36,730 bases of DNA, taken from the NCBI GenBank assembly GCA_000934665.2, contig JYFJ02003880.1, positions 1 through 36,730 of the forward strand, read 5' to 3'. Each line of letters begins with the position of its first letter. The first letter of the stretch is position 1. The position numbers were made by a program, and so were the translations under genes. Below are positions 13,101-24,089 of this stretch, in pieces. Under the pieces are notes generated by a model that saw only the letters and a program-made list of their open reading frames with translations, ran no database searches and had not been told where the DNA came from. This stretch comes from Catajapyx aquilonaris. Taxonomy: Eukaryota.

Positions 13101-16100
13101 ATCCTGCTGGGACAGGAAGGACAGTACGCGTCCATACTCATACCAATGCACTACGACGTGGTCCTGCAATTCGTCACTGCCAAACACAGGGACGGGTTCA
13201 TCACGGCTTTCGTTCACTTCCTGGACACGCTTAAGATCCGGTCTCGGATACAGAACCTGCGTCTGTCCGAGGTCATGGTGAAGACCACCAACTTGCAGCA
13301 GAGGCAGGAGCAAATCAAGTTCTTCTGCATGACGGCCTACTCCTTGTTGCAAAGGGTCAGCTCTAGAATACACAGGGTGTTCCGCAATGCACTCACAACA
13401 TGAGTTAATTTTTTTTTTTGTAGGCGTATGACATCCCAGTGATGGACGTGAGAGACCTGAAGAAAATGAAAAGGAAGGCCCACCTCGTGAAGAACATACA
13501 ACTCACCAGGGCCGAATTGGCAGAACTATTTGGTATCAAGGAGCGAAGTATCTTTATGTACAAGGTTGGTTGCTTGGCCCTCCTGCATTTTAGTGTAATC
13601 ATAGTATGTGGTACTGTGGGATAAAAGTGGCAGTACTATCCGAAATATTGTTTTGTCCACAGATATTCTACTTGTTTGACAGGAAGAATCAAAAGTCAGT
13701 GTCCCTTCAAGACTTTCTGGACGTGTTTGTTATTCTAAGCGTTGGTGAGCTATGCTACGAATATTTCTGCTTATATGGAGTGGTTCTCATGGGGCAGTTG
13801 ATTCATGGTTTTTTCAGGATCTGCTGAGAAAAAGGCTTCAATCATGTTCAGCCTGCATGACACTGAGGAGTTAAATTATTTGAACAAGACGCAGTTCGTA
13901 GAAATGATCAAGTGAGTCCAACTTATGCGACCTTCTGTCCAGCCCATCCTTTATCGGTATACGTCATATCTTTGCAGGACTCTGGCTGAAGCTGCCAACA
14001 CAAATGTCGACGCCAACGAAATGCCGCGATTGGTCGAGAAACTCCTGGAGACCAGTGGCCTGCGTGACAAGGTGAGCTACAAAAATCTTGTCAAATTCTG
14101 TCGTTCAAATGCTTACTCCGCCCCAGGATAAGTTGTACTTGGAGGACCTCCTGAAGGTTCTGGGAGGCAACAAGGACTTCTTGGGATACGCCTACCTGAA
14201 CATCGGTGAGCACAACATACCGGACTATATGCTGACTAAAGGTTTCCACACTGAATCGAAGAGACTCAGCGAAAATTACTTCATTACCACCCTGGCCAGG
14301 GCTGGCACCCTTTTCGGGTAAAATGTTGTCTGAATCCAACCACATGTTGCACCAAACATGTCTCTTTGTTTCTTCAGTGAAGGTAAACGTGTGGAACGGA
14401 ACGAGCTTGAAGTGGACGAAGAGGTAACGGCGTCGTTTCCTTGGCAAAGAGACACCTGCTTTGGGAGGCTTCGAAAGTGGATTATCCAGTACGGCAATTA
14501 CCTGAACAGCAACTCAACTGTTGTCTTCTATCTGACGATCTACGTGGCGCTCGTCTTTGTGATATGCCTAAGAGGTGATTTTAATATAACAGTGCACTCA
14601 AATCTAACGAAATATTACCGATGGACTTGTCTTTCCAGAGGTATTCACTGCTCCAGCAGGTGTTTCTAGCTACCGAATCGCTCTTCGAGGAACAGGAGCC
14701 TCCCTGAGCTTCATGCTGGGCACCACATTAATCACAGTATGCCGAAACCTGATGACAGCCCTCAGGGAGACTTTCCTCAACCGGACAATTCCTATCGACC
14801 TGGCCGTGGAATTCCACAAGTTCATCAGCCTTCTTATTTTAATTTTTAGTAGTGAGTATTCCCCCCCCCCCCCAAAAAAAATGTCTGAATTGAAATTTTC
14901 AAGACGTATCAAGTCCTTGTGTCCATATTCTTGCTTTTCTTCCTTGCAGTTGCTCACATCATCTGTGGAATACTGATGGTGATTTATCAGTACGCTTTTA
15001 GCAGTGACCATGAGTTGTCGTGCCTCACAGGCACTCTCATCCCCACGTCAGTATATGAATTTACTCGCAATAATGTTATGACCACCCAACCTTCCCTTGC
15101 AGATCCGAATCCATGACGACCTACACCACTTGGATGATGGAAACCATCCCAGGTGTGTCTTCCATCGTGATGTTCTTCATCCTCAGCACCATGTACATAT
15201 TCTCGACGTCTCACAGTCGCACCCTGGTCTACCGGTACTTCTGGATGACCCACAATTTGTATCCACTCCTATACCTGACGCTAATGGTTCACGTCATCAC
15301 TCTGTTAGAACCCGTGAGTATACTGTTGACCGAAAAATGCGGGTCTAACAAACAATCGGTGTATGCTCATTGCAGCCGACTGTGTACGGACGCTTCATGG
15401 TTTTTCCGATCTTTATATACTGTGCCGACTACATGAGAAACCTGACGCAGAACAAGCGATTAGTGTACGTAGATGAGGTCGAGTTCTTGCCTTCCAGTAA
15501 GTGTGTACCTTTGATACCTAGGCCATGTAGATTAATTATACCTGCCATTGCACTTAATTTTCAGATACAATCAGGGTTCGGTTGGATAGGCCACCAGGGT
15601 TCAGCTTCAGGTCAGGCCAGTTCATTAAGGTCTCGTCGATGGCCATGAACCCAAACGACCTTCACGCGTTTTACGTGGCCTCCCCACCGGAGGAGCCGTA
15701 CCTGGACCTGTACATCAACATCGTCGGACCTTGGACCTTCAACTTACGGACCATTTACGGATTGGTACACAGCAGGGGAATGGTACACTATCCGCGAATG
15801 AGGATCGAAGGTCCTTTCGGTACGTCCCTTCAGAACTGGACCAACTACGAGGTGGTCATCCTGGTGGCCAACGAGATGGGGATCATACCATTTCTATCAA
15901 TCATCAAGGATATGATACACTGCAGCACGAACAAGGTCCCCATGCATTGCGAAAAGGTAAGGTCCTAAAGAAGTCTGGTATATGCAATGGTGGTTGCCGC
16001 GTGTGCTGGTTAACCTGCAGATTTACCTTCTGTGGACAACCGAGTCGCAACGGTCTTACGAGTGGGTCATTGACATCCTGAGAGAAGTGGAGGAAGCTGA

Positions 16101-16596
16101 CATGTACGGGTTCATGTCCATTCACATATTTATCACCCAGACTAGCAATAAGTTTTCCTGGAGGACCATCATGGTGGTAAGTTGTCTCTTGATTACACGG
16201 GTTTCTAGCACTACCTTTCTGTCTTTTTCCGTGCCAGTACCTGTGTGAACGACACTTCCAGAGGAGTAAAGACAGGTCGCTTTTCACAGGCCTTCTAGCC
16301 ACCACACACTTTCGACCACCTTCTTACAGGAAGTTTTTTTTGAAGCTCAAAGTAGCCTACTTGCATGTAAGTTGGCTCATACACTCCACAATTTTTAAAT
16401 TTCAGAACGGCTACATTTTTTTCTTGTTTATTATTGAGACTGCAACTAGTGCACAAATTATGTCTTCCCATCACCAAAACAGGTCAATGTGTTTGGTGTT
16501 TTTTACGCTGGTGAAAAGATGCAAGGGATGCGGATACGGAGGATCTGCGAAGAGATCACTCAGCTTCAAGGAGCCTCGTATAGTTTTAATATGTGA
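10169..16596 (+). CDS. Duox: Divergent dual oxidase (Duox)-like protein, more than 20 exons
   Basis: Signal peptide; peroxidase-homology domain (YDGWSNN, VFFGQFVADE, PRQQVNQVTSWIDGSAIYG, WFRWHN, YQHIILYEWLP, RIGHT, DIQRGRDFG); TM; EF-hand region (13663-14071); ferric-reductase TMs (FHK...AH, FWMTH...VH); GQFI, GPWT, EGPFG, YLCERHF, SLFTGL. Last exon 16483-16596. The junctions checked splice in frame with GT-AG. The start could be 10169 or 10208. Confidence 0.92.
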
Positions 16597-16698
16597 ACAT
16601 TGTAACGTTATGTGACATCGGGAAGCCCTAATTTGGGCAGAGAAATTTTTGTTACGGTACAGTGTAACGTAACTGACCGAATTCCTTATGTTTTATTG

Positions 16699-16704
16699 AA
16701 TAAA
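16699..16704 (+). terminator. Candidate polyadenylation signal of the Duox-like gene
   Basis: AATAAA about 100 bp after the stop codon, followed by GT-rich sequence. Confidence 0.45.
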
Positions 16705-16982
16705 AAATGACAAACTGTTGGTGTGTGAAATGTCTGTTGTTGAAGGAGGAGGGGCAATGGATGCCAACTTGGAGCCATGTGGTCCAACTAGCCCTGGTAC
16801 GTCTTTACTTCGTACACCCAAAAAATTAGACCGCATTTATCCCAATGAAGTGCTTTAATGAAATCCAAACAATGCGCATACACATGCTCACATCAGCTGG
16901 TCATCTTTGGACTTCCCATGCCAACATGTCAGCCTTTCCTTTTCATCAATCTTCCATCACCAGCACTTCACTACCTTCCAGT

Positions 16983-17699
16983 CTATAAACTATCGTTCTT
17001 CCAACTAGTGTTTGTTTTGGGCAGCCAGGCTATGACCACGAAGTTCTTCCGGAATTCTGCAATGAAACGATATCAGTTAGAACAGTCATGGAACTTCCTG
17101 AGTCTCATGTACTGTACGTAGTCTCACCCTTGTGGTTGATGTTCCCATGCTCATCTTTGGGAGCAAGCCTGAGGAGCTCGTCAACCTCATTCTGTGGCAT
17201 GTTCTCTCCATTGTTGAACAGAAGCGTATTCATCTGATCGGCTGTGACGTACCCTGTGTCTTCAGGGTCTAACTCTTTGAAGGCCTTCGTTGCGACTGAT
17301 TCCTTCAAGTTGGGAAGACTCATTGCCTTCTTAATGATTTCCAAGAACTTAGGCCAGTTAATCTGATCACTTCCTGAAGTATTATTGCATTTTGTATATC
17401 TATTTGTCAGTCGGTTATTATGAGATACGCACCTTTGAGATCAAATTGGGCCAGAAGTTCTGCGAAGTCTTCAGGGGTGGTCTCAAGTCCCTGGAACATT
17501 GCGAAGGCGTCGTGTGCGTCTTCTGCTATGGTGTGTCCCTTCTCTTCACGGTCCAGGAAGGAGAAGATGTCCATCAAAAACGACAAATCCTCTTGCGCGA
17601 AAAATGTCACAGTCTGTAAGATTTCGAAGTGAAGATCAAGAATATTCACCTTTCAGAGTCAAGCAGAGGATGTCAGACCTTCTTAGGTGGAACGGCCAT
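16983..17699 (-). CDS. Calmodulin-like / myosin-light-chain-like EF-hand protein, paralog 2
   Basis: Four exons splice to MAVPPKK-TVTFFAQEDLSFLMDIFSFLDREEKGHTIAED...FDLK-GSDQINWPKFLEII...KAFKELDPEDTGYVTADQMNTLLFNNGENMPQNEVDELLRLAPKDEHGNINHK-EFRKNF...SL*; four calmodulin-type hands. Confidence 0.9.
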
Positions 17700-17761
17700 G
17701 ATGAGGGTCTGTCTTTTTAAAGGTTTAGTCTCACATGGAATACTTAGCTGTGTAAACAATC

Positions 17762-17803
17762 GTTGCGTGGAGATAGTACCACGCATATTGTTGCAATGGA
17801 TAT
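17762..17803. promoter_or_regulatory. Two RFX X-box-like sites upstream of calmodulin-like gene 2
   Basis: GTTGCGTGGAGAT (17762-17774) and GTTGCAATGGATAT (17790-17803), 60-100 bp upstream of the ATG; the first is at a similar distance to the site in paralog 1. Confidence 0.35.
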
Positions 17804-18149
17804 TGTTGGTCACTTTCTACAGGGCCACTTTTCTTATCTGGGTTTTATATTTAAAAACCATTACGGTGAAAATAAATTCGGTCCATTCTTGTTGTTTGTC
17901 ATATTATTTTATTGGTTCCAGCCATTTACTAGTCTACACCTTTCAAGTTTTTGAATCAATATCTCATCAATTTGTCAGGGTGTACCTTTTAATACAGTGC
18001 TGTCAAATAAGATTACCTAACGTACTCTGAAGAAAATCGGTTTTTATGATTTATGCGAGTTGTTACGTGACTGGATATGGGAATGACACAATGGCCTTCA
18101 AAAGGTTAGGTCGGTGTGATGATGTAATATTGTTGTATCAATTTATTCT

Positions 18150-19532
18150 TCAATTTTCCGAAGCCTTGAATTGTGTCAGGACTATGAAATATGTTGTCAC
18201 AGCTCCCAGCACCTGTAAGCGGAGATGAAATATTCACGGGCGTTATTTTTGATAGAAGAATGCAATAACTTACGGAGGTCAAGAGGCCACGATTGACCGT
18301 GAAGATATTGGCCGCTCTTATTTCGACGGGAGGGCCAGACATCATCTGGATCAATTCTTCGATCTGAAAGGATAGATGTGTATAACTCATTTGGCATTAT
18401 AATTATTGAGACTACAATACATTTGCTTTGATGTCAGTATCGGTGACTAGACGACTGAGGCGAATTAGATGAGGCAGTGATCGTGTGCTCTGGAAGTCAA
18501 GATGGAATTTAATACACTGAAACGCTTACGTGACTGAACTGATATTCTTGGACAACACTTGAGATTTACCTGCCATGAAATGGACCCCAATAGCCACGTG
18601 AAGTAACTTAGTGAGACTACTAGGATGAAAATCAGGACAATGTTGCTCATCAAAGTAGTACTGTTCAGTGAATACATAACTACGTAAAATAGGAAACTGG
18701 TAGACCATATCACAAACACCAGGTAAATGATGAGGATGGGCACACCGAATGTGATGTTAATTTCGTCCACCAAGAAGAAAATTTCATAAAATGTTTTTGT
18801 TGATTGGGCAATTTTAATAGACATATCCTTGCGGTTTTTCTCATCTCCCGCTTGTTTGTCTAAGATAGTGCAGAGCTGGACAATATCATTGTTGAAGTCC
18901 TTTTGTTTCAGCTGAATCACTCTAACCAAAAACATAATTTGAATAGTAATAGAACAGATCAGAAAAACGGAATGGAAATGCATGAAAATGTGATACAGAG
19001 ATGTGTGTGAAGAAATAGTACCATCGAAGTAATAGAAGGTAATATAAGACGACTGCGTCAAAAGGACTATAATTACTAAATCAACCACCAATAGCACAGA
19101 ATACTTTCTCAGCGACCTTTCGTGACCCACCACATCCAGACGACAGAAACGGTGGATTAGCTCCCAAATTTTGGGCAATTTGGTTTGAACAAAAATGTAG
19201 CTGATCCAGGGACCGCCCAGAACAGCTACTCGCACAACCATGGTTGTTACCATCACAGTCGGAGAATATTTACTGATAATGTCCCACATTTCAGGCAAAA
19301 ACCAGACGGCATTTATGATGTGTGCGACGAAAAGAATGAAGTGCACCATTGTTGGCCACCGTTGGTACCACTTCCATCGCGCACTTTGTCTTGGGTAAGG
19401 ACAAGGTGAGATCCCTGCCACCACAGCCATGACGGCCAGTGGTCTGAACACTGTCCAAAAAGTGTCATCTTGCTGTCCCTTTTTTCTTTCCTTTAGCGGA
19501 ATAACAACTGACACTCTCTCAAAAATGACCAT
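18150..19532 (-). CDS. Gustatory receptor GR-4 (subfamily B)
   Basis: Exons 19532-18570, 18489-18421, 18363-18274, 18212-18150; ends VLGAVTTYFIVLTQFKASEN*. Confidence 0.93.
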
Positions 19533-20428
19533 CACTAACACCTTGGCGCGTGTATGTTACACACTTAAAGGCAGCTCTTTCACTGGGTGGGACAACACAT
19601 ATCAGTTGCATTGGTATACGAACATGTTACGTAAGTAATGTATGAGACATCAAAATGTGTCGTGGTTCCAGATTAATTGTTTCACAACATTATGTCCACT
19701 TACTTTAGTCGATTTTGTTCATTAGAATGGTTCTTGGTGACCTTATGTGCACCGTGTGTTCACTTGTAGAATATAATTTGATTTCCACCGCATATTGACA
19801 GATAAAAAGGGCCAAAATCATTAGGTACGGTACTTAAATTGTCATTGTTCCGAAGTTTTGAATTGTGCGAATACAATGAAATAAGTGGTCACAGCTCCCA
19901 GCACCTACAAACAGAAGGTGAAAAATTCAGTTGATAACAAATATCATTTGAGATATTATTGGATTAACATACTGAGGTCAAGAGGCCACGATTGACCGTG
20001 AAGATATTGGCCGCTCTTATTTCGACGGGTGGACCAGACATCATCTGGATTAGTTCTTCAATCTGTAACAAAGAGTACATAGTGTGACATGAACACTTGA
20101 ACAGTACGATGTCTTGTCTACATTTTCTTTGGTGTCAGGCTGTGTGACTAGACGACTGAGGCGAATTAGATGCGGAAGTGATCTTGTGCTCTGGAGGTAA
20201 TTAAAAGGAATTTAATGCACTCGCTTACGTAACAGATATTCTTGCATAATTATCATTAGAGCTTACCTGCCAAGAAATGGAACCCATGAGGGAGGTGAAG
20301 TAAATCACTGGGGGCACTAAGGTGACAATGCGGATAATGCTGATGAACATACTAACACCGCCGTGTGAAAAGAAAAATAAATAAAAAAGATAATTGGTGC
20401 ACCACATCACAAACAATAAGTAGAAGAT

Positions 20429-20752
20429 TTTTTTTTAATTACCTTACGGGGGGAGTTACGTACTCCTTAGGGGGGGTGGGTTACCACCTTTGGAAATTTG
20501 TGTTGGAGCGGGTTTAAGAATAATCTTAATTAGTATGCTCCAAGGGTGGGTGGGAGGGGATGTGCAAAGTGCAAGTGCAATGTCTCTAATCGTCATTTTG
20601 TGAACTCCCCCGGGTGGCTTAGTCTGTCGGAAATTGCCACCCGAAACGAAGCCAGAGATGGCCCAACTCTGCACGAAAGAAGGTGGGAACCCCGGGTGGG
20701 GATTGAACCCGGGACCTTTACTTCCGTGGGCGCCGCGCCACTCCGTCTCCCC
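20429..20752 (-). mobile_element. tRNA-derived SINE inserted in GR-5 exon 1
   Basis: Perfect 16-bp TSD ACAATAAGTAGAAGAT (20413-20428, 20753-20768); head with B-box GGTTCAATCC; A-rich 3' tail. Confidence 0.9.
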
Positions 20753-21736
20753 ACAATAAGTAGAAGATCAGGATGGACACACCGAATATGCTGTTAATGC
20801 TGTCCACCAATAATAATATTTCATAAAATGTGTTTGTTGAATTAGCCATTAGAGTCGATGTATACTTTCGGCCTCTATAATCTTTCTCGTGATTGGCGAA
20901 AATAGTGTAGTGGCTAATGACATCATTGTTAAAGTCTTTTTGTAGTATCTGGATCACTTTAGCCAAAAACATAATTTGAATAAAAATGGAAAATAGCGAA
21001 AATAAGGAGTGGCTATTTAAGAATATGAAGCATAATGATCCGGTTGCAGTCAAGGTTCCTCGAAAGTAATAGACGATCAGATTTGATAGCTGGCTTAAAA
21101 AGACCATAACTACTAATGCAACAACCAAACACAGCGAGTACTTTCTCATCGACCTTTTGCAACCCGTCACATCCAGATTAGAAAATCTGTGGATTAGCTC
21201 CCAAAATTCGGTCACTTTAGTTTGAATCCAAATGTAGTTGATCAAGGGGCCAATCACAATGGTTACACGCACGATTGTGGTTGTTACCACAATGGTTAGA
21301 GAAGATTTTCTGATAGTGCGCCACATCGTAGGGACGATAGTCCCTATAAGTAAGATCGTCAGGTAGTTTTCCAACAATTAATTTTTTTGCCTTGTTGGGA
21401 CAAATTTGTGCCGAGCTCTACAGGCCTTATCCTTGCACACAAAGACTTCAAGTTTTGAACATACCTCCGTACTGCACCAACTTATCCCCCTAACCTCTAT
21501 GCAAATTAGCCTATTTCATCTCACAGCCAATTAAAAAATTATATAAAAAAATATATAAAAAATCAATTAAATTAAATTAATTTTATTTTCTAATTGCCAC
21601 GCAACTCATATCAACAAATGCCTCGCGCAACTGATTGCTATAGAGACCGAAGCATAAAAATTAACCTCCACAGACATTACGAATTGAGTTAGCGAATTGG
21701 AACGTGTGACTTCTTCCTATCATGTGACATCTCATG

Positions 21737-22672
21737 AGGTACCTGACCCAAATAAGGCCCAGCTCCCAATAAGGCCCAGTTTTTATATCTCTGTTAATTG
21801 CGGTCGTAACGCAAAATGGCATGCAGGGGTCGATTAAGCATCAAAAAGTGAGTACAGTTCGGTAGATGGAACGCTCGTGCAGGACACATAGGTCCATGAA
21901 TTTTGCCAGTCATTATCGAGAAGCCAGAAAAACAGCTGCGTTGTAATTTTGCGCCTGAGAAAAGCCTGGATACAAGACAAGCGCGATGTCCTACGCCTGT
22001 GTAATGGTACGTACAGACACCTGAGCGACTGAGGATAGCTATCGTAGTGGCACATATGATTAAAACAGTTCCCTTTAGGTAATACAGGTCACTTGCTGAA
22101 AGGCTACTGCGTTTCTAATAAGGCCCAGTCCACATCGTGGTGGGCCTTATTAGACTTGACTACTTTCAAACACTTAAGCAAACTTTAGAAGGCATGCAGG
22201 GACAACCAGACCCGAAAAAATATACAATATGGACGAGAAAGGCTGTCGATTGACTGTCCACCATCAGCAAAATGTGTTGGTATAGCTCCGTATGCCATGA
22301 GGATGATATGAGGGACATGCGGAGGTCATTTCTTGTCTAACCTGGGTCCAGGAAAACTGCGTGGGTCTTACAGCAGAAGATAAGGAGCAGTTTCTGTGTC
22401 CAGATTGTGAAATGTGAGAAATAGGACTTGCAATGGTGGCGGACTTACGTGGGCCTTATTTGGGACCTATGGTCTTAATAAGGCCCATGTGTAACACTTT
22501 ACTAAGCAGGTTGTCAGCCGAAGGATATGAATTCCACCATACACGGATATATATTGACTTGTGCATTATTATATGACGTATCTGTCCATGCAGTCAAATA
22601 AATGCTCAACATTCACTGGGACTGGTGAAAAATTGTTATCTGTTAGGTGTGCCTTATTTGGTGCAGGTACCT
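21737..22672 (+). mobile_element. Non-autonomous pogo-like (Tc1/mariner superfamily) DNA transposon nested in the Helentron-like element
   Basis: About 25-bp TIRs AGGTACCTG(AC/CA)CCAAATAAGGC(C/A)CA; TA on the right flank and TG on the left; internal AATAAGGCCCA repeats in both orientations; decayed C-terminal PHD finger (...WVQENCVGLTAEDKEQFLCPDCEM*, about 22275-22417) like those of arthropod pogo-like transposases. Confidence 0.75.
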
Positions 22673-22859
22673 TATTCATGTCCGGTAAGTCGAGCCGAAA
22701 AACTCGGTACAATAACAAGAATCAGGAGGTTATTCATAAGAAGCAGGCCGTCTACCAGCATCTTCTGGCCGAGGTGCGAGTGGGCCTATAGTCTCCGAGT
22801 CAACCCTCCATCTCTTGGCAAGCAGGGTCCGCACCAGCACGCTGGCATCCAAAGACAAC

Positions 22860-24010
22860 AACGAAGCATGCGTCAGCAACTACAGCAGGTGCAAGGCAGA
22901 AGGATTGAATCCCGTGTGCCTCCTCCCAACCAACGACATGTGCCACGAGTTCAACCACCGTATGCATCGTGCGTCGTGCCTGGATACTGTCCTTCTGGAG
23001 GCAGAGGACAAGCTCACAGCAGGCAACAAGGCTGGAGGATGGAGAATAACCGCCGCATCTCGTCAGTCAAGATCAACTTTGACAACATCCCAAACGACGA
23101 AAAGTCGATCTGTCGGACCTAGGCAGGTACGGGTCCGAATATTAGTTGGATAGGGGTATGTGGCATAGCTGTATGCGAAATCACACAAGGCTGGTGGTTA
23201 AATTCATACTTCAATTTAATGTACTCCGACTAACATACTAGTACCTCCAAACATTACAACAACTTTGAACAATATGCAACTTCCTCCTTATGGAGGCACC
23301 CCTTCCAAAATCACGTACTGTGCGATTGAAAATTCTTACCTGTTGGAATGCTCAAGCTCTGTCTGCCGGGCTGTCAAGATGTGAAGTCTCTTTTTAAATA
23401 ATTCCGGCGCTGCTTTTATAGTGCCCGGTTTGAGGTGGGGCTCGGTGTTTTCACAACTGTATTAATCTGATTCCTTTTGCATCCCGTAATGTGTGTGTCA
23501 TATTGATGCTGTAAGTTTCCTATCCCTTCCACCGCGCTTGGACTCTAATGGCTCTTTTTGTATGGATTACTGGCGCCAAGGAGTCTACTACTTTATAGAT
23601 TACTATGGCACTGCAGTGACAGTGACAATCATGTAATTTTAAATGAGTTTACGGGGCATAATTATAGCCAATTAATTACTGCGCACTTGGTTATGATAAT
23701 CATATTAGTTGTTATGCCGTATGCGGCATGACAATCTGCAGGTGTGTTGTCAAGTTCGAGCTCGGCTACAACATATACGCGGAGAGGAAACAGTTTCCAC
23801 TGATACTAGCATACGCCATCACCATCCACAAAATCTCAGGGGCTCACTCTGGATTCCGCTTTGGTGGACCTCAGCAAGTCCGTGTTCGCAAGAGGAATGG
23901 CGTACGTCGCGCTCTCGAGAGTCCAGGCGCTGGACAGACTATACATCCTTCGCCTAGATGAACGCTGCATCAAGGCCGACGTGGGCTGTGTGAGGGAATA
24001 CAATAGACTC
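22860..24010 (+). pseudogene. Pif1-family helicase C-terminal remnant
   Basis: PVCLLPTNDMCHEFN (motif IV-like), then after a ~600-bp interruption RKQFPLILAYAITIHK/SQGLTLD (motif V, +1 frameshift near 23832) and VFARGMAYVALSRV (motif VI). Confidence 0.88.
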
Positions 24011-24089
24011 CATTGCTCTCCTCCATTGCTCTTACCCAGGAAAACAACGAAGCGGCCACATGCAGTCTCCTCCGCATCAGAAATATCAC

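Noticed and set aside
10461..16477. Many antisense and alternative-frame ORFs (e.g. 10677-11303, 12915-13373)
   Set aside because: Shadows of GC-rich Duox exons.
20690..20752. tRNA-like sequences here and at 26507 and 32810
   Set aside because: No complete cloverleaf; they are SINE heads attached to bodies and tails.
21750..22490. Recurrent AATAAGGCCCA motif as a possible CRISPR-like array
   Set aside because: Irregular spacing, both orientations and eukaryotic context; they are subterminal repeats of the pogo-like element.
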